Translations under genes and position numbers: made by a program
Shown here: positions 54,287 to 64,000 of the stretch, piece after piece
How positions within the stretch are numbered: position 1 is the stretch's first letter
Layout of the letters: the number at the start of each line of letters is the position of its first letter
Origin: Candidatus Bruticola sp.
GTDB taxonomy: Bacteria; Vulcanimicrobiota; Xenobia; Xenobiales; Xenobiaceae
Length of the DNA: 64,000 bases
Direction of reading: 5' to 3'
NCBI GenBank assembly: GCA_051874735.1
Contig: JBJEGD010000026.1
Location: 166,815 to 230,814 of the forward strand
The notes under the pieces: model-generated
Told to the model about the DNA's origin: nothing
The model's input: the letters and a program-made list of their open reading frames with translations, nothing else
The model's database searches: none

Positions 54287-55957
54287 TTGGTAAGATGGAT
54301 GAATAATAAGCGAGTTCTTGCGCTTGGACTATCTTTAGCTCTATTTTTGGGCGGGCTGGCTCAAGCTGACACAGGAGAAGGCGGTGCCTCTGGTTGTGGA
54401 TCTGGGCGCATTGAGGCTGCTGATGGCCGGAATTCTGCCGTAAAAGCCCCTTCATCTGAATATAAGTTGGAAGCAGATCAAGCATCTTTAGATCTTGAGC
54501 ATCCAGCTGATCATTATGTCTCGACGCGCAGTGAGGCAGAAAAATCGAAAACTGCTTCAAAAGATTTAGAAGGCTTTGAACAGAAGAGTCTGTTAGAAAT
54601 GCAGATTATAGACGGTTCCGGAGCGGTGCGCCAAATGGAACGTTCTGTAACTGGAAGCGATAAGTTCGATCTTAACAGTGCTATAGGGGCCTATACTTTA
54701 GAGAACAGTATAAGTAAAGCTATGCGTCAGAACTCTAAAGTCAGAGTGGCCGATGAACGAATTGTCCAAGCTAACGCTCAGTACGGACAAAACAAAACTC
54801 AGAAGAATTTAAAATTTATTGTTAACGATAAAACTACTTGGCAAAACAGACAAGTTAGCGGTAATAGAACAACATTAGAGGCTCTAACTAACCAGCTTGA
54901 TGCTTCCCTGCAGCTTTTGCTCACCACTTTCGGTCAAATTGAGAAGCAGATTGCTGCTTCTTATTTGCAGATAGGAGTGGCTGCTCTCGACGCCGCTTCT
55001 GTACGTCACGATCTAGCTTATGCGGTTAAGCGCGATTTCTTTAACTGCCTTAAAGCTGAAGCTCAGGTCGATGTAGCTAAGCTCAATCTTCAAGTTTGTG
55101 AAAAGAACCTTTCCGACTCAAAAAGGCTATATCGCCGAGGTGTTATGGCCCTTTATGATGTTATTCAGGCTGATCTTCAGGTGACTGAAGCTCATGAACA
55201 GTTGGAACGCAGCTACAGCGGGGTTCAATCTGCTAATGCAGCATTTTTAAGCGATTTAGAGGAGCGTGTGGCCGGTGAAGCTAGCACTGCTCCTTTATAT
55301 TTTCAGCCTCCTAAGCCTATAGAAGTCGATCCTTTATGTCGTCTTTCCGATCTGCAGGAACTGGCCATGCGCCGTCGGTTTGAAATTCTCAGTCTTGATC
55401 GGAGTATAGAAGTTGCTGAAAAGGTTAGAGAAGCTGAAAAATGCAGCAATCTCCCTCAATTGCTCTTAGCTGCAGATTATATCTTCTCGCCGGGATATCG
55501 CACTTATCCCTGCAGTATGTATCAGCTTAGTTTGAATGTTAATTGGTCAGTTTGGGACGGAGGTCTTAAAAAACAGAAGCTGATAGAGCTTGACTCACAA
55601 ATCCGCTCCTTAGAGGCCTCCCGCGATCAGCTTTGCAATAGTATACGCTTAGAAGTGGAGCAAGCTTGGATCGACTTTAATCTTTCTGCTGTTGTATTGA
55701 AGACCGCCCGTCAGCGTGTGGAAGCTGCTTGGGTTTACAGCGATATGGCCAGACAGCGTTTTTTAAACGGTTTGGGAACTTCTTTGGAAGTACAGAACAG
55801 TTTGAAGAGCTTGAACGATGCCCGTGTGGCTTACGTAGTGGCCTCTTACGATCGTGATTTAGCTTTTGCCACTATAGAACACAGCGTGGGGTGTGATTTC
55901 CCTAACCGCCGACTAGAAGTTTTACCCGAGTTGTTAGAAGCTCCAGAACAGCCTTAA
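54287..55957 (+). CDS. TolC-family outer-membrane efflux protein
   Basis: Signal peptide; two OEP repeats (RRGVMALYDVIQA; RFLNGLGTSLEV), NWSVWDGG; upstream of MFP and RND genes. Confidence 0.9.
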   Translation: MVRWMNNKRVLALGLSLALFLGGLAQADTGEGGASGCGSGRIEAADGRNSAVKAPSSEYKLEADQASLDLEHPADHYVSTRSEAEKSKTASKDLEGFEQKSLLEMQIIDGSGAVRQMERSVTGSDKFDLNSAIGAYTLENSISKAMRQNSKVRVADERIVQANAQYGQNKTQKNLKFIVNDKTTWQNRQVSGNRTTLEALTNQLDASLQLLLTTFGQIEKQIAASYLQIGVAALDAASVRHDLAYAVKRDFFNCLKAEAQVDVAKLNLQVCEKNLSDSKRLYRRGVMALYDVIQADLQVTEAHEQLERSYSGVQSANAAFLSDLEERVAGEASTAPLYFQPPKPIEVDPLCRLSDLQELAMRRRFEILSLDRSIEVAEKVREAEKCSNLPQLLLAADYIFSPGYRTYPCSMYQLSLNVNWSVWDGGLKKQKLIELDSQIRSLEASRDQLCNSIRLEVEQAWIDFNLSAVVLKTARQRVEAAWVYSDMARQRFLNGLGTSLEVQNSLKSLNDARVAYVVASYDRDLAFATIEHSVGCDFPNRRLEVLPELLEAPEQP

Positions 55958-55993
55958 TTAACTAAAGCTATCGATTTCTATCAGGAGATATAT

Positions 55994-57376
55994 ATGAACT
56001 TTTCCCGCAAGTTTACTTTTTATGTAACGGCTGCGGCTTTGGGCCTAAGCCTAATAACGTCCGGCTGTTCCGGTGATACTGCTAAAGAGCAGGGCGGCAG
56101 TTCTGCGCAAACAGAGTCTTCCAGCAGTTCCTCTACTGACAAAAGTAGTAAAAACGGTAAAGAGGCCGCTACTACGACTGCTGCGGCTCCTGCTCCGGCC
56201 GTAAATGCCGTGAAGATCGGTACTGTAGAACAGAAATTTACTCGCGAATGGCCGGCAGAACTTAAATATTCCAGTACGGTAGACGTCAAAGCCCGCGTCG
56301 TTGGCACTTTACAGGACTTTTCTTTTAAAGAGGGTTTTAAAGTAAACGCCGGGCAAGTCATTTTCCGCATAGACGACGCTCCTTATGTGGCAGCTCTTCA
56401 AGGAGCTCAGGCACAAGTCTCTCAATGTCAAGCTGATCTAGATTATGCTAAGGCTCAGGTCGATGTGCGCCGCGCAGAAGCCGATCTGAGCTCGGCAAAA
56501 GCCGATTTAATACGAGCTCAGCAAGACGTCGACCGTTACAAACCGCTGGCTGTCAACGGTGTTATTCCTACCCAGACTTTGGATAACGCTGTAGCTCAGC
56601 GCGATGTAGCTCAAGCTCGCGTCGATTCAGCTCAGGCAACTCTGCACAATACTGAACTTTCGTCCAGGGCCCAAATAGAAGTAGCTAAGGCTAATTTAGA
56701 AGCAGCCCAAGCGCAAGTAACTCAGGCTAAGCTCAATATCGGTTACTGCACTATTACTTCACCTATTACAGGTGTTATAGGTGAAATTAATGTTTATCCT
56801 GGTAACTTAGTAGGACAAGCCGGCAGTCAACAGGTTTTAGTAACTATATCTTCGCTCGATCCAATTTACTGTAATTTTAGTTTGAGCGAAAAAGAGTACT
56901 TGTACATGATGGAACACCGCGGTTCTGGCGAGGTAGATTTCAATTTGGTACTCTCTGACGGTTCTGTTTACAAACACAACGGAAGTTTCAGCATGATTTC
57001 CCGTTCTCTCGATGCTAAGAGCGGTACAATTGCAGTGCGTATAGCTTTCCCCAATCCTGAAAGGCTACTGCGTGAAGGACAATTTGGACGCTTGCGTGTG
57101 ACGAGCCGCGCTTCGGAAAAGGTTTTAGTTGTGCCTCAGAAGGCTGTTTCGACAGTACAATCGGATCACGCTGTATATGTAGTTGGAGCTAACAATATTG
57201 TCGAATCAAGAAATATCACTATAGGCAACGCCGTAGGCACCGACTTTATTGTCAAATCTGGACTTAAACCTGGCGAAATTGTCATTGTAGACGGACTTAC
57301 TAAAGTACAGGCTGGGGCTGCCTGTGATCCTACCATTACTTCCGCTAATGCGGATGATTCTTCCGCCCAGGGTTAG
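55994..57376 (+). CDS. RND efflux membrane-fusion lipoprotein (AcrA-like)
   Basis: Lipobox ITSG|C; VKARVVG, TITSPITG, FPNPERLLREGQF, VPQKAV, GLKPGE. Confidence 0.93.
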   Translation: MNFSRKFTFYVTAAALGLSLITSGCSGDTAKEQGGSSAQTESSSSSSTDKSSKNGKEAATTTAAAPAPAVNAVKIGTVEQKFTREWPAELKYSSTVDVKARVVGTLQDFSFKEGFKVNAGQVIFRIDDAPYVAALQGAQAQVSQCQADLDYAKAQVDVRRAEADLSSAKADLIRAQQDVDRYKPLAVNGVIPTQTLDNAVAQRDVAQARVDSAQATLHNTELSSRAQIEVAKANLEAAQAQVTQAKLNIGYCTITSPITGVIGEINVYPGNLVGQAGSQQVLVTISSLDPIYCNFSLSEKEYLYMMEHRGSGEVDFNLVLSDGSVYKHNGSFSMISRSLDAKSGTIAVRIAFPNPERLLREGQFGRLRVTSRASEKVLVVPQKAVSTVQSDHAVYVVGANNIVESRNITIGNAVGTDFIVKSGLKPGEIVIVDGLTKVQAGAACDPTITSANADDSSAQG

Positions 57377-57387
57377 GAGGGAGAACT

Positions 57388-60300
57388 GTGGCAAAATTCT
57401 TTATTCATCGACCGGTTTTAGCTATAGTGATCTCTTTGGTTATTTTGCTGGCCGGTTTGGTATGCATTTACAGTTTACCAGTAGCCCAATATCCGGAAAT
57501 TACGCCTCCGGTTATTCAAATAGACGCCGATTATACTGGAGCTAATGCGCAAGTACTGGAAGAAACGGTCGCTTCCTGTATTGAACAGCAAATCAACGGT
57601 GCAGAAGGCATGCTTTACATGCGTTCAATCTGCGCTAATTCTGGTCACTATACTTTGCAGATCACTTTTGATCTATCGCGTGATCAAGATATGGCCATGG
57701 TTGACGTGCAGAACCGTCTGTCAAAAGCTACGTCGCTGCTCCCTTCTGAAGTTAACCAATCTGGTGTTAGCGTTAAGAAGCAGTCTACTCAGCAGTTGAT
57801 GTATCTGAACTTTTATTCAAAGGACGGTTCTCGCGACGACCTGTTCGTTAGTAACTACTGTGTTATTAATATTATTGATCAGCTGGCGCGCTTGAATGGT
57901 GTAGGCTCGGTGGCCATTATGGTAGGTCAACGTGATTACTCTATGCGTCTTTGGATAAAACCTGACATCTTATCTAAGCTGGGTGTGACTGTTGACGATA
58001 TCGTCAACGCTATTCAGTCGCAAAACGTTCAGGCTGCTGCCGGCTCAATAGGTGATCCTCCTCAGGAAACTGGAATACAGTTCCAGTATCCAGTCAATGT
58101 TAAAGGACGCTTAGTTACACCTGAAGAGTTCGGCAATGTTATTATTCGGACTCAGTCTAACGGCGCTTATTTGCGAGTTCGTGACGTTGCCCGTGTTGAA
58201 TTGGGAGCTAATACTTATTCTAGTGAAGGTCAGTTTAACGGAGGCAGTTCAGTATTGGTGGCTATTTATCAGCAGCCCAGTGCCAATGCTGTAGCTTTAG
58301 CCAAAGACGTCAGGGCTAAGCTTGTAGAATTGTCCAGTTCTTTCCCCGCCGGCCTAGATTATAAGGTAACTTATGATGCCACTATTTTTGTAGTGAAATC
58401 TATCGAAGAAGTGGTGCAGACTCTATTCGAAGCTATTGTTTTAGTTTTGATAGTAGTTTTTGTGTTTTTAGGTAATTTTAGGGCTACTTTAGTGCCGATT
58501 TTAGCGGTGCCTGTGTCCTTGGTCGGTACCTTTGCTGGTTTTGCTGCTCTAGGTTTCTCCATCAACTTGCTGACTATGTTCGGTATGGTGTTGGCTGTAG
58601 GTATTGTTGTAGACGACGCTATTGTAGTAGTAGAGGCCGTAGAACTTCACATTGAACATGGTCTGTCGCCGATGGAAGCTACAGAAAAGGCTATGGATGA
58701 AGTCTCTGGTCCTGTAGTGGCCATTGCTTTAGTGCTCTGCTCCGTATTTGTGCCTGTAGCCTTTATGGGCGGTATGACCGGCGTCATGTACGAACAGTTC
58801 GCCGTTACTCTGGCTGTTTCAGTATTGCTGTCAGCTTTGGTGGCTCTTACTATGACGCCGGCTTTATGCTCCATGCTGTTGCGTCCTCGATCTGAAAAAG
58901 GTGTAATCGACTTCTTGTTTGGCTGGTTCTTTAAACTGTTCGATATGGTTTTTGGCTGGCTGACCAAAATGTATACTTCCATAGTGCGGTTTTTGGTGAC
59001 TAATTTGATTGTCAGTTTTGTGATAATCGGTGCTGTTTACTATGGAGCGTACTATTTAATGTCGACGACTCCTACGGGCTTTATTCCTATTGAAGACCAA
59101 GGTACGATTATAGTCAGCTGCACGCTGCCTTCAGGCGCTTCTTTAGAGCGCACTAAGGCGGTCGTAAAAAAACTGAACGATATTATGATGAAGCACAGTG
59201 ATGCCGTAGAGAATACTATAGGCTTAATCGGCTACAATATTATGCAGGGCAATATGTCCAGCAACTCTGGCGCTTCTATTGCTATTTTGAAGGACTGGGA
59301 TCTGCGTAAAACTCCTGAAACTCAGCTGCGCGGTTTGATGGCCGCTTTGACTAAAGAAACAGCTGAAATAAAGGAAGCTTCCACTGTTGTATTCTGTCCT
59401 CCGCCTGTCCCCGGTTTGGGTATGTCGTCGTCCTTGACTATGGAATTCCAAGATCGTAGCGGCGGCGAAATTATGCCCATGTTTTTGGCTGCCAAAGATT
59501 TTATTGCCCAGATTAATCAGCATCAAGAGGTATTCGCTTCTGCCTACACTATGTTCAATCCAGCCATTCCTATGCTGAAGGTTGATATCGATCGTGACAA
59601 ATTGCAGAATTTAAATATACCAGTTAAATCGGCTTTCTTAGCTATGCAGATTAACTTAGGTGGTTACTTCATCAACCAGTTCAACCAGTTCGGGCGTACT
59701 TGGCGAGTTATGATGCAGGCTGAATCAGAATATCGCCGCAACCCCAGCGATATAGGTTCTATATACTTGCGCAGTCAGAATGGCAATATGGTTCCTTTGA
59801 GTACAGTCAGTACGGTAACTCAAATTACCGGTCCCGAAGTTGTATTAAGATATAACCTGTACCGCGCTATAGAACTTAACGCCAATACTAAGACTGGTAT
59901 CAGCTCCGGTCAAGGTATCGCAGCTTTGGAAAATTTAGCTTCTAAATTGCCTAATCAGTACGGATTTGAGTGGACGGGCATGGCCTACCAGGAGAAAGAA
60001 GCCTCAGGACAGACGGCAGTAATTTTGGGCTTAGGTCTAGTTTTTGTCTTCCTCTTCTTGGCTGCTCAATACGAAAGCTGGGGTATTCCTTTCGCGGTAT
60101 TGCTTTCCATGCCAACTGTGGTATTGGGAGCTTTAATCGGAGTCAATGTCTCCGGTCTTGACTTAAATATTTACGTGCAGATTGGTATTCTGACTTTGAT
60201 AGGTCTCTCTGCTAAAAACGCCATTTTGATCGTAGAATATGCTAAGGCTAACTATGACAATGGTATGGAGCTCATAGAGGCTACCGTCGAGGGAGCGAGA

Positions 60301-60729
60301 GTTCGTTTCCGTCCCATTTTGATGACTTCCTTTGCCTTCATTTTGGGTGTAGTTCCTCTAGCTAGAGCTGAAGGAGCTTCTGCCGTATGTCGTTCAGCAC
60401 TGGGTATTTCAGTAATGTGCGGTATGTTGGCAGCTACTTTAATCGGTGTCTTTATTATCCCGGCTCTTTACGTAACTGTTCAGCGTATAGTAACGTTCGT
60501 TTCTGGCGGACATAAAGTAGCTTTAGCTTCTACTGAAGTGGTGGCCCCATCTGAGGTAGCGCCGAAAACAGCAGATAAGTCTGTTAAAGCTGTGGCTGTT
60601 GAGGAAAGTAGTAAAACAGAGTCTACGGCTGAAAAAGGCTCCGGAACTGCAGAAGTTGCTAAGCCTAGTCAGGAAGGCGGAGTTCCGTCGAATGAAGGGG
60701 CTAACAAAATAGATCTGAACAAGTCGTAA
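57388..60729 (+). CDS. RND efflux permease (HAE1, AcrB-like)
   Basis: FFIHRPVLAIV, QYPEITPP, GIVVDDAIVVVE, KNAILIVE, RFRPILMTS. Confidence 0.96.
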   Translation: MAKFFIHRPVLAIVISLVILLAGLVCIYSLPVAQYPEITPPVIQIDADYTGANAQVLEETVASCIEQQINGAEGMLYMRSICANSGHYTLQITFDLSRDQDMAMVDVQNRLSKATSLLPSEVNQSGVSVKKQSTQQLMYLNFYSKDGSRDDLFVSNYCVINIIDQLARLNGVGSVAIMVGQRDYSMRLWIKPDILSKLGVTVDDIVNAIQSQNVQAAAGSIGDPPQETGIQFQYPVNVKGRLVTPEEFGNVIIRTQSNGAYLRVRDVARVELGANTYSSEGQFNGGSSVLVAIYQQPSANAVALAKDVRAKLVELSSSFPAGLDYKVTYDATIFVVKSIEEVVQTLFEAIVLVLIVVFVFLGNFRATLVPILAVPVSLVGTFAGFAALGFSINLLTMFGMVLAVGIVVDDAIVVVEAVELHIEHGLSPMEATEKAMDEVSGPVVAIALVLCSVFVPVAFMGGMTGVMYEQFAVTLAVSVLLSALVALTMTPALCSMLLRPRSEKGVIDFLFGWFFKLFDMVFGWLTKMYTSIVRFLVTNLIVSFVIIGAVYYGAYYLMSTTPTGFIPIEDQGTIIVSCTLPSGASLERTKAVVKKLNDIMMKHSDAVENTIGLIGYNIMQGNMSSNSGASIAILKDWDLRKTPETQLRGLMAALTKETAEIKEASTVVFCPPPVPGLGMSSSLTMEFQDRSGGEIMPMFLAAKDFIAQINQHQEVFASAYTMFNPAIPMLKVDIDRDKLQNLNIPVKSAFLAMQINLGGYFINQFNQFGRTWRVMMQAESEYRRNPSDIGSIYLRSQNGNMVPLSTVSTVTQITGPEVVLRYNLYRAIELNANTKTGISSGQGIAALENLASKLPNQYGFEWTGMAYQEKEASGQTAVILGLGLVFVFLFLAAQYESWGIPFAVLLSMPTVVLGALIGVNVSGLDLNIYVQIGILTLIGLSAKNAILIVEYAKANYDNGMELIEATVEGARVRFRPILMTSFAFILGVVPLARAEGASAVCRSALGISVMCGMLAATLIGVFIIPALYVTVQRIVTFVSGGHKVALASTEVVAPSEVAPKTADKSVKAVAVEESSKTESTAEKGSGTAEVAKPSQEGGVPSNEGANKIDLNKS

Positions 60730-60760
60730 AATTTTGTTCTTAATTCGCAATTAAGAGCGG

Positions 60761-60809
60761 AACAGCTTGCTCTTGAGTTTTGTACTCTTGAGTGAGCTGT
60801 TTTTTTTTT
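60761..60809 (+). terminator. Terminator after RND operon
   Basis: AACAGCTTGCTC ... GAGTGAGCTGTT stem followed by long T-tract. Confidence 0.8.
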
Positions 60810-60823
60810 CTAGTATTATAGGT

Positions 60824-62056
60824 ATGGATAAATATTTAAAGCTACTGATAATTGTACTAGTGTTTATCATGGCCGTTTTTTTATTCTGGAGCGGTCATAG
60901 GCCTTCGCTCATTAGTGACTGGGTAAAAAATTATGAGCATTTCCGAAATGTTCACCGAAGATCGGATAATTTAGAAAATTTAACTGATACTTTAGGAGCG
61001 TTTTTAAAAAAAGGGCAGCTAGGACAGTTAACAGAGGCTGATAATTTAGAAGCTTTCAGAAATTTTTGGCCGGATATAGTGCCTCTTGTAGTAAAAGAAA
61101 ATTTTTCCAGACGCGGACAAAAAAATAGTGCCGAATATATGAGGCAGCTGCATTCGATGTTTCCTAGCTGTATGACAGATGAGGCTGAACATATTTATCA
61201 ATTTCTTTTTGCTAATGGTTTAGGAAAAAATAGTTATATAAATTTATCCAGAAGCTTATGTTTTGAACGTTTAGAACGTGCGGGAAGTCGTCTGGCTCCT
61301 GAGGGCAATAATCAAGTCCCTTGGATAAAATGTCCTCTGAGTGCGGAAAATTATATTCTCAATTTAACTGAGAAAAAATTAAGCTGTCCTTATCATCGAC
61401 TGTCGTTTAAGTATCCGGATCATTTAGTTGTATGCCGTCCAGATGAAATATATCGTCAGCTGGCTATGGGATATTACAATTACAATCGTCTCCATAGACT
61501 AGACAAAGTACTTTTAGGACAAGGTGTAGCTGCTGCTAAGAAGGGAGAAAGAGTGGCGGATATAGGCTGCGGAGTGGGATGCTATGTTTGGAGCTTAGCT
61601 GAAGGGGTTGGTAAGGAAGGTCTTGTTTACGCTCAGGATGTCGACGAAAGTGTACTGAACTTTGTAGATTTTGTTAAAAACAAGCGCTCTGCTGACAATG
61701 TTAAAATTTGCTTAGCTCAGCGTGATGAACCAAATTTGCCGGAAGGGGGGCTCGATCGTATTTTTATGATTGATGTGCTAAATGTAATCGTTGGCATCGA
61801 TTATAAAGTAATGGGTAAGGCTTCTCCTAAAGCTAAGCAGTATCTAAAACAGCTCACAAGTTGTTTAGCTGAAAACGGGAAATTAGTAGTTATTGATTTT
61901 ACACCTTACGAGAATCGTCCTCATTTAGCCCAGGAACAGGTGAGGCGACTGTTTCAGGAATTTAATTTGGAATTGATAGCGGAAGAAGAAGCTGCTTCAG
62001 AGCCTTCTTCAATGTATGCTTTAACTTTCCAGCGAAAAATAAGCCCAGGGCAGTAA
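60824..62056 (+). CDS. Membrane-anchored class I SAM-dependent methyltransferase with N-terminal extra domain
   Basis: Start at MDKYLK (longer ORF start lies in the terminator); N-terminal TM; VADIGCGVG, VYAQDVD, LAENGKLVVIDF. Confidence 0.82.
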   Translation: MDKYLKLLIIVLVFIMAVFLFWSGHRPSLISDWVKNYEHFRNVHRRSDNLENLTDTLGAFLKKGQLGQLTEADNLEAFRNFWPDIVPLVVKENFSRRGQKNSAEYMRQLHSMFPSCMTDEAEHIYQFLFANGLGKNSYINLSRSLCFERLERAGSRLAPEGNNQVPWIKCPLSAENYILNLTEKKLSCPYHRLSFKYPDHLVVCRPDEIYRQLAMGYYNYNRLHRLDKVLLGQGVAAAKKGERVADIGCGVGCYVWSLAEGVGKEGLVYAQDVDESVLNFVDFVKNKRSADNVKICLAQRDEPNLPEGGLDRIFMIDVLNVIVGIDYKVMGKASPKAKQYLKQLTSCLAENGKLVVIDFTPYENRPHLAQEQVRRLFQEFNLELIAEEEAASEPSSMYALTFQRKISPGQ

Positions 62057-62069
62057 GTAGAGTGAGTGT

Positions 62070-63908
62070 ATGATTAGAAACTTCGACTTAGAACTTATAC
62101 GCGGTGTTGGAATTTCTATTTTACTGGCAGTAGTTTGCTATTATTTGTTCAGATGGTTTTGCTACAAATATAAAACTAAAATTCAGCTAGTTCAGTCTAT
62201 GCAGGAACACTGGCGACCTTTTCTTTTGATTGTAGGTTTTCTGATTCCCATTCTAAATTCTTGTTATTTTATTAACTCTCTTGCCCCATTTTATGAAGAA
62301 TGCTACACCGCTTTGCTGTTAGTTTTGGTAGCCATGGGCGGAGAAGTTTTACTCTATGTTTTGGAGCGAATCAACATAAGTTTGAAAGTTCCTAAAACAA
62401 TTTGGAACGTTTCTTTTTATGTGCTCAGGTTTTTGCTTTATTTCTTATTAGTTAATGTCGCCTACAGAAATATGCTGCAGCAGGAAATAATTGAGGGCGG
62501 TTTCTTTGTGGCCTCCTGTTATACTGCAGCCGTCTATATGGTGTTGAAGTTCGCTTACAATTTCGTTTTTGAAGATATAAATTTTAAAAACGAACTGCTT
62601 AAAGCCATTATAAACAGAATAAAAATGCCTTGTTATGTGCTTGTCTGTATACTGACAGCTATGTATGCCTGGACATGGGCTCCGAGCACTTTTAAAAAAA
62701 CAATTGATTTAATAAAATATCTCGATATAGCTTTGGCTATCGATTTATGCACTGTTGCTTTAGAGTCGATTTTTATTCTGATTTTTGATTACTATCTAAC
62801 TAAAATAAAATCGATAGTGATATCGAAGCTAATTCAAGATCTCAGTCGTTTAATTGCTTACGTTATTTTATTGTTGGTCATACTGTCTACAGCTTTTAAT
62901 GTTAATCTTTCTTCTCTTTTAGTAAGTTCAACAGTTATTTCTGTGATTGTAGGTTTAGCTTTACAGGAAAGCATGGGAAACTTTGTGGCCGGTATACTTT
63001 TAGACTTTGCTCAGCCTTATAAAACTGGCGATTACGTGGAGATCGGCGGCGTAGCTGGTAGAGTTGAAAGCATAGATTGGCGTTCAACAGTGCTGCGTTT
63101 AGTGACTGGAGAGTGTAATGTCCTACCGAATTCTATTGTGGCTAAATCAACAGTAAAGAATTACTCTTTTCCAACTTCACGTCAGGCCCGCTCTTTTGTA
63201 ATCGGTATCGCTTATGATCACTCTCCCGATTTGGTGCGGCGCGTCATTTTGCAAGCTATTGATTCTGTTTCTGAAGTTTTGAAAGATCCAAAACCTGTAG
63301 TGTGGCTTATAGACTTTGCCGATTCTAGTATGAATTACAAAGTTTTTTATTGGATAGAAGATTTCAGTTGTGGTTTAACTATAGATTCAAAGGTGCGTGA
63401 ATCAGTTTGGTACTATCTGAAGCGTGAAAATATCAATATCCCCTATCCTATAACTTCAATTTTAGAAAATAATGAGCCTTCTGTATCAAATGATACGGAA
63501 ATTATTAAAGAGTTTATAAGTCGACTGGATATAATGCAGGGAGCTTCGGAGGCTTATGTATCAGCTTGTGCTCAGAACTCTCAAATAAAATTATATGGAC
63601 CTGGTGAATGTCTGTATCCTAAAGATAATTTAGGTAATAAGGATATTGCGGCTATAGTAAAAAAAGGCCGTTTACGTATGACAATGTTAGCTAAAGGTGA
63701 AGAGCAGACTAAGGAAACTAAAAAAATTGATTTAGGGACAGGGGATATATTTAGTGAAATTTTGGCTGATAGCCAGCATTTTGAAACTAAAGTTTATGTA
63801 GTAGAGGAAGCAGAATTAGTAACTTTTACTTCTGAACAAATCAGCCGACTGTTTAAGTTGTATCCTGAAAGCAAGAGAGAGATTGCTAAGCATTTTGGCA
63901 TTCAATAG
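62070..63908 (+). CDS. MscS-family mechanosensitive channel with extra TM helices and C-terminal cNMP-like domain
   Basis: VGLALQESMGNFVAG, PYKTGDYVEI, GRVESIDWRST, PNS, DFADSSMNY, INIPYP; C-terminal IVKKGRL..LGTGDIFSE. Confidence 0.9.
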   Translation: MIRNFDLELIRGVGISILLAVVCYYLFRWFCYKYKTKIQLVQSMQEHWRPFLLIVGFLIPILNSCYFINSLAPFYEECYTALLLVLVAMGGEVLLYVLERINISLKVPKTIWNVSFYVLRFLLYFLLVNVAYRNMLQQEIIEGGFFVASCYTAAVYMVLKFAYNFVFEDINFKNELLKAIINRIKMPCYVLVCILTAMYAWTWAPSTFKKTIDLIKYLDIALAIDLCTVALESIFILIFDYYLTKIKSIVISKLIQDLSRLIAYVILLLVILSTAFNVNLSSLLVSSTVISVIVGLALQESMGNFVAGILLDFAQPYKTGDYVEIGGVAGRVESIDWRSTVLRLVTGECNVLPNSIVAKSTVKNYSFPTSRQARSFVIGIAYDHSPDLVRRVILQAIDSVSEVLKDPKPVVWLIDFADSSMNYKVFYWIEDFSCGLTIDSKVRESVWYYLKRENINIPYPITSILENNEPSVSNDTEIIKEFISRLDIMQGASEAYVSACAQNSQIKLYGPGECLYPKDNLGNKDIAAIVKKGRLRMTMLAKGEEQTKETKKIDLGTGDIFSEILADSQHFETKVYVVEEAELVTFTSEQISRLFKLYPESKREIAKHFGIQ

Positions 63909-63936
63909 AACAGCTGTATTTTTTTTATTTAAGTAC

Positions 63937-63965
63937 TTGACAGCAGCTAAGCTGAGCAGTAATAT
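63937..63965 (+). promoter_or_regulatory. Near-consensus sigma70 promoter for a gene beyond the window edge
   Basis: TTGACA-N17-TAATAT, preceded by an A/T-rich UP-like tract. Confidence 0.65.
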
Positions 63966-64000
63966 ACTCGAGCAGTCGCGATGAGGCGACGCAAAAAAGT

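Noticed and set aside
421-60750. Numerous 60-150-aa alternative-frame and antisense ORFs in the ORF track
   Set aside because: They overlap well-supported genes, lack RBS or motifs, and look like shadow ORFs.
1-64000. CRISPR array, tRNA/rRNA, IS or prophage
   Set aside because: No regularly spaced repeats, cloverleaf or rRNA signatures, and no transposase, integrase or phage structural genes seen.

Overview
A 64-kb, moderately AT-rich bacterial chromosomal segment with about 40 intact CDSs. I see no rRNA, tRNA, CRISPR array, transposase or integrase. The gene mix (TolC/RND pump alongside Firmicutes-style rel-dtd and ThiT/ThiN, biosynthetic SpeA, PilX-like pilins) suggests a diderm Terrabacteria-type organism; Vulcanimicrobiota/Eremiobacterota is an unverified guess. 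Housekeeping genes include htpG, nth, speA, suhB, add, dtd, thiN, thiT and rpmB, plus MFS, RND and MscS transporters. Most notable: (1) three tandem full-length RelA/SpoT homologues with complementary active-site decay (two appear hydrolase-only with dead or decaying synthetase; the third keeps a canonical synthetase but has an altered hydrolase ED motif), a possible independent RelA/SpoT-style division of labour; (2) three tandem ~800-aa PilX-like pilins with a conserved scaffold and an unrelated Cys/His-containing insert, flanked in two copies by identical DNA blocks; (3) two subtilases and a large GH13 enzyme that lack Sec signals and share FlgM-like disordered N-termini, suggesting type III-like export; (4) an ABC-fold protein with all catalytic motifs lost, next to a protein with a FliF/YscJ-like segment.
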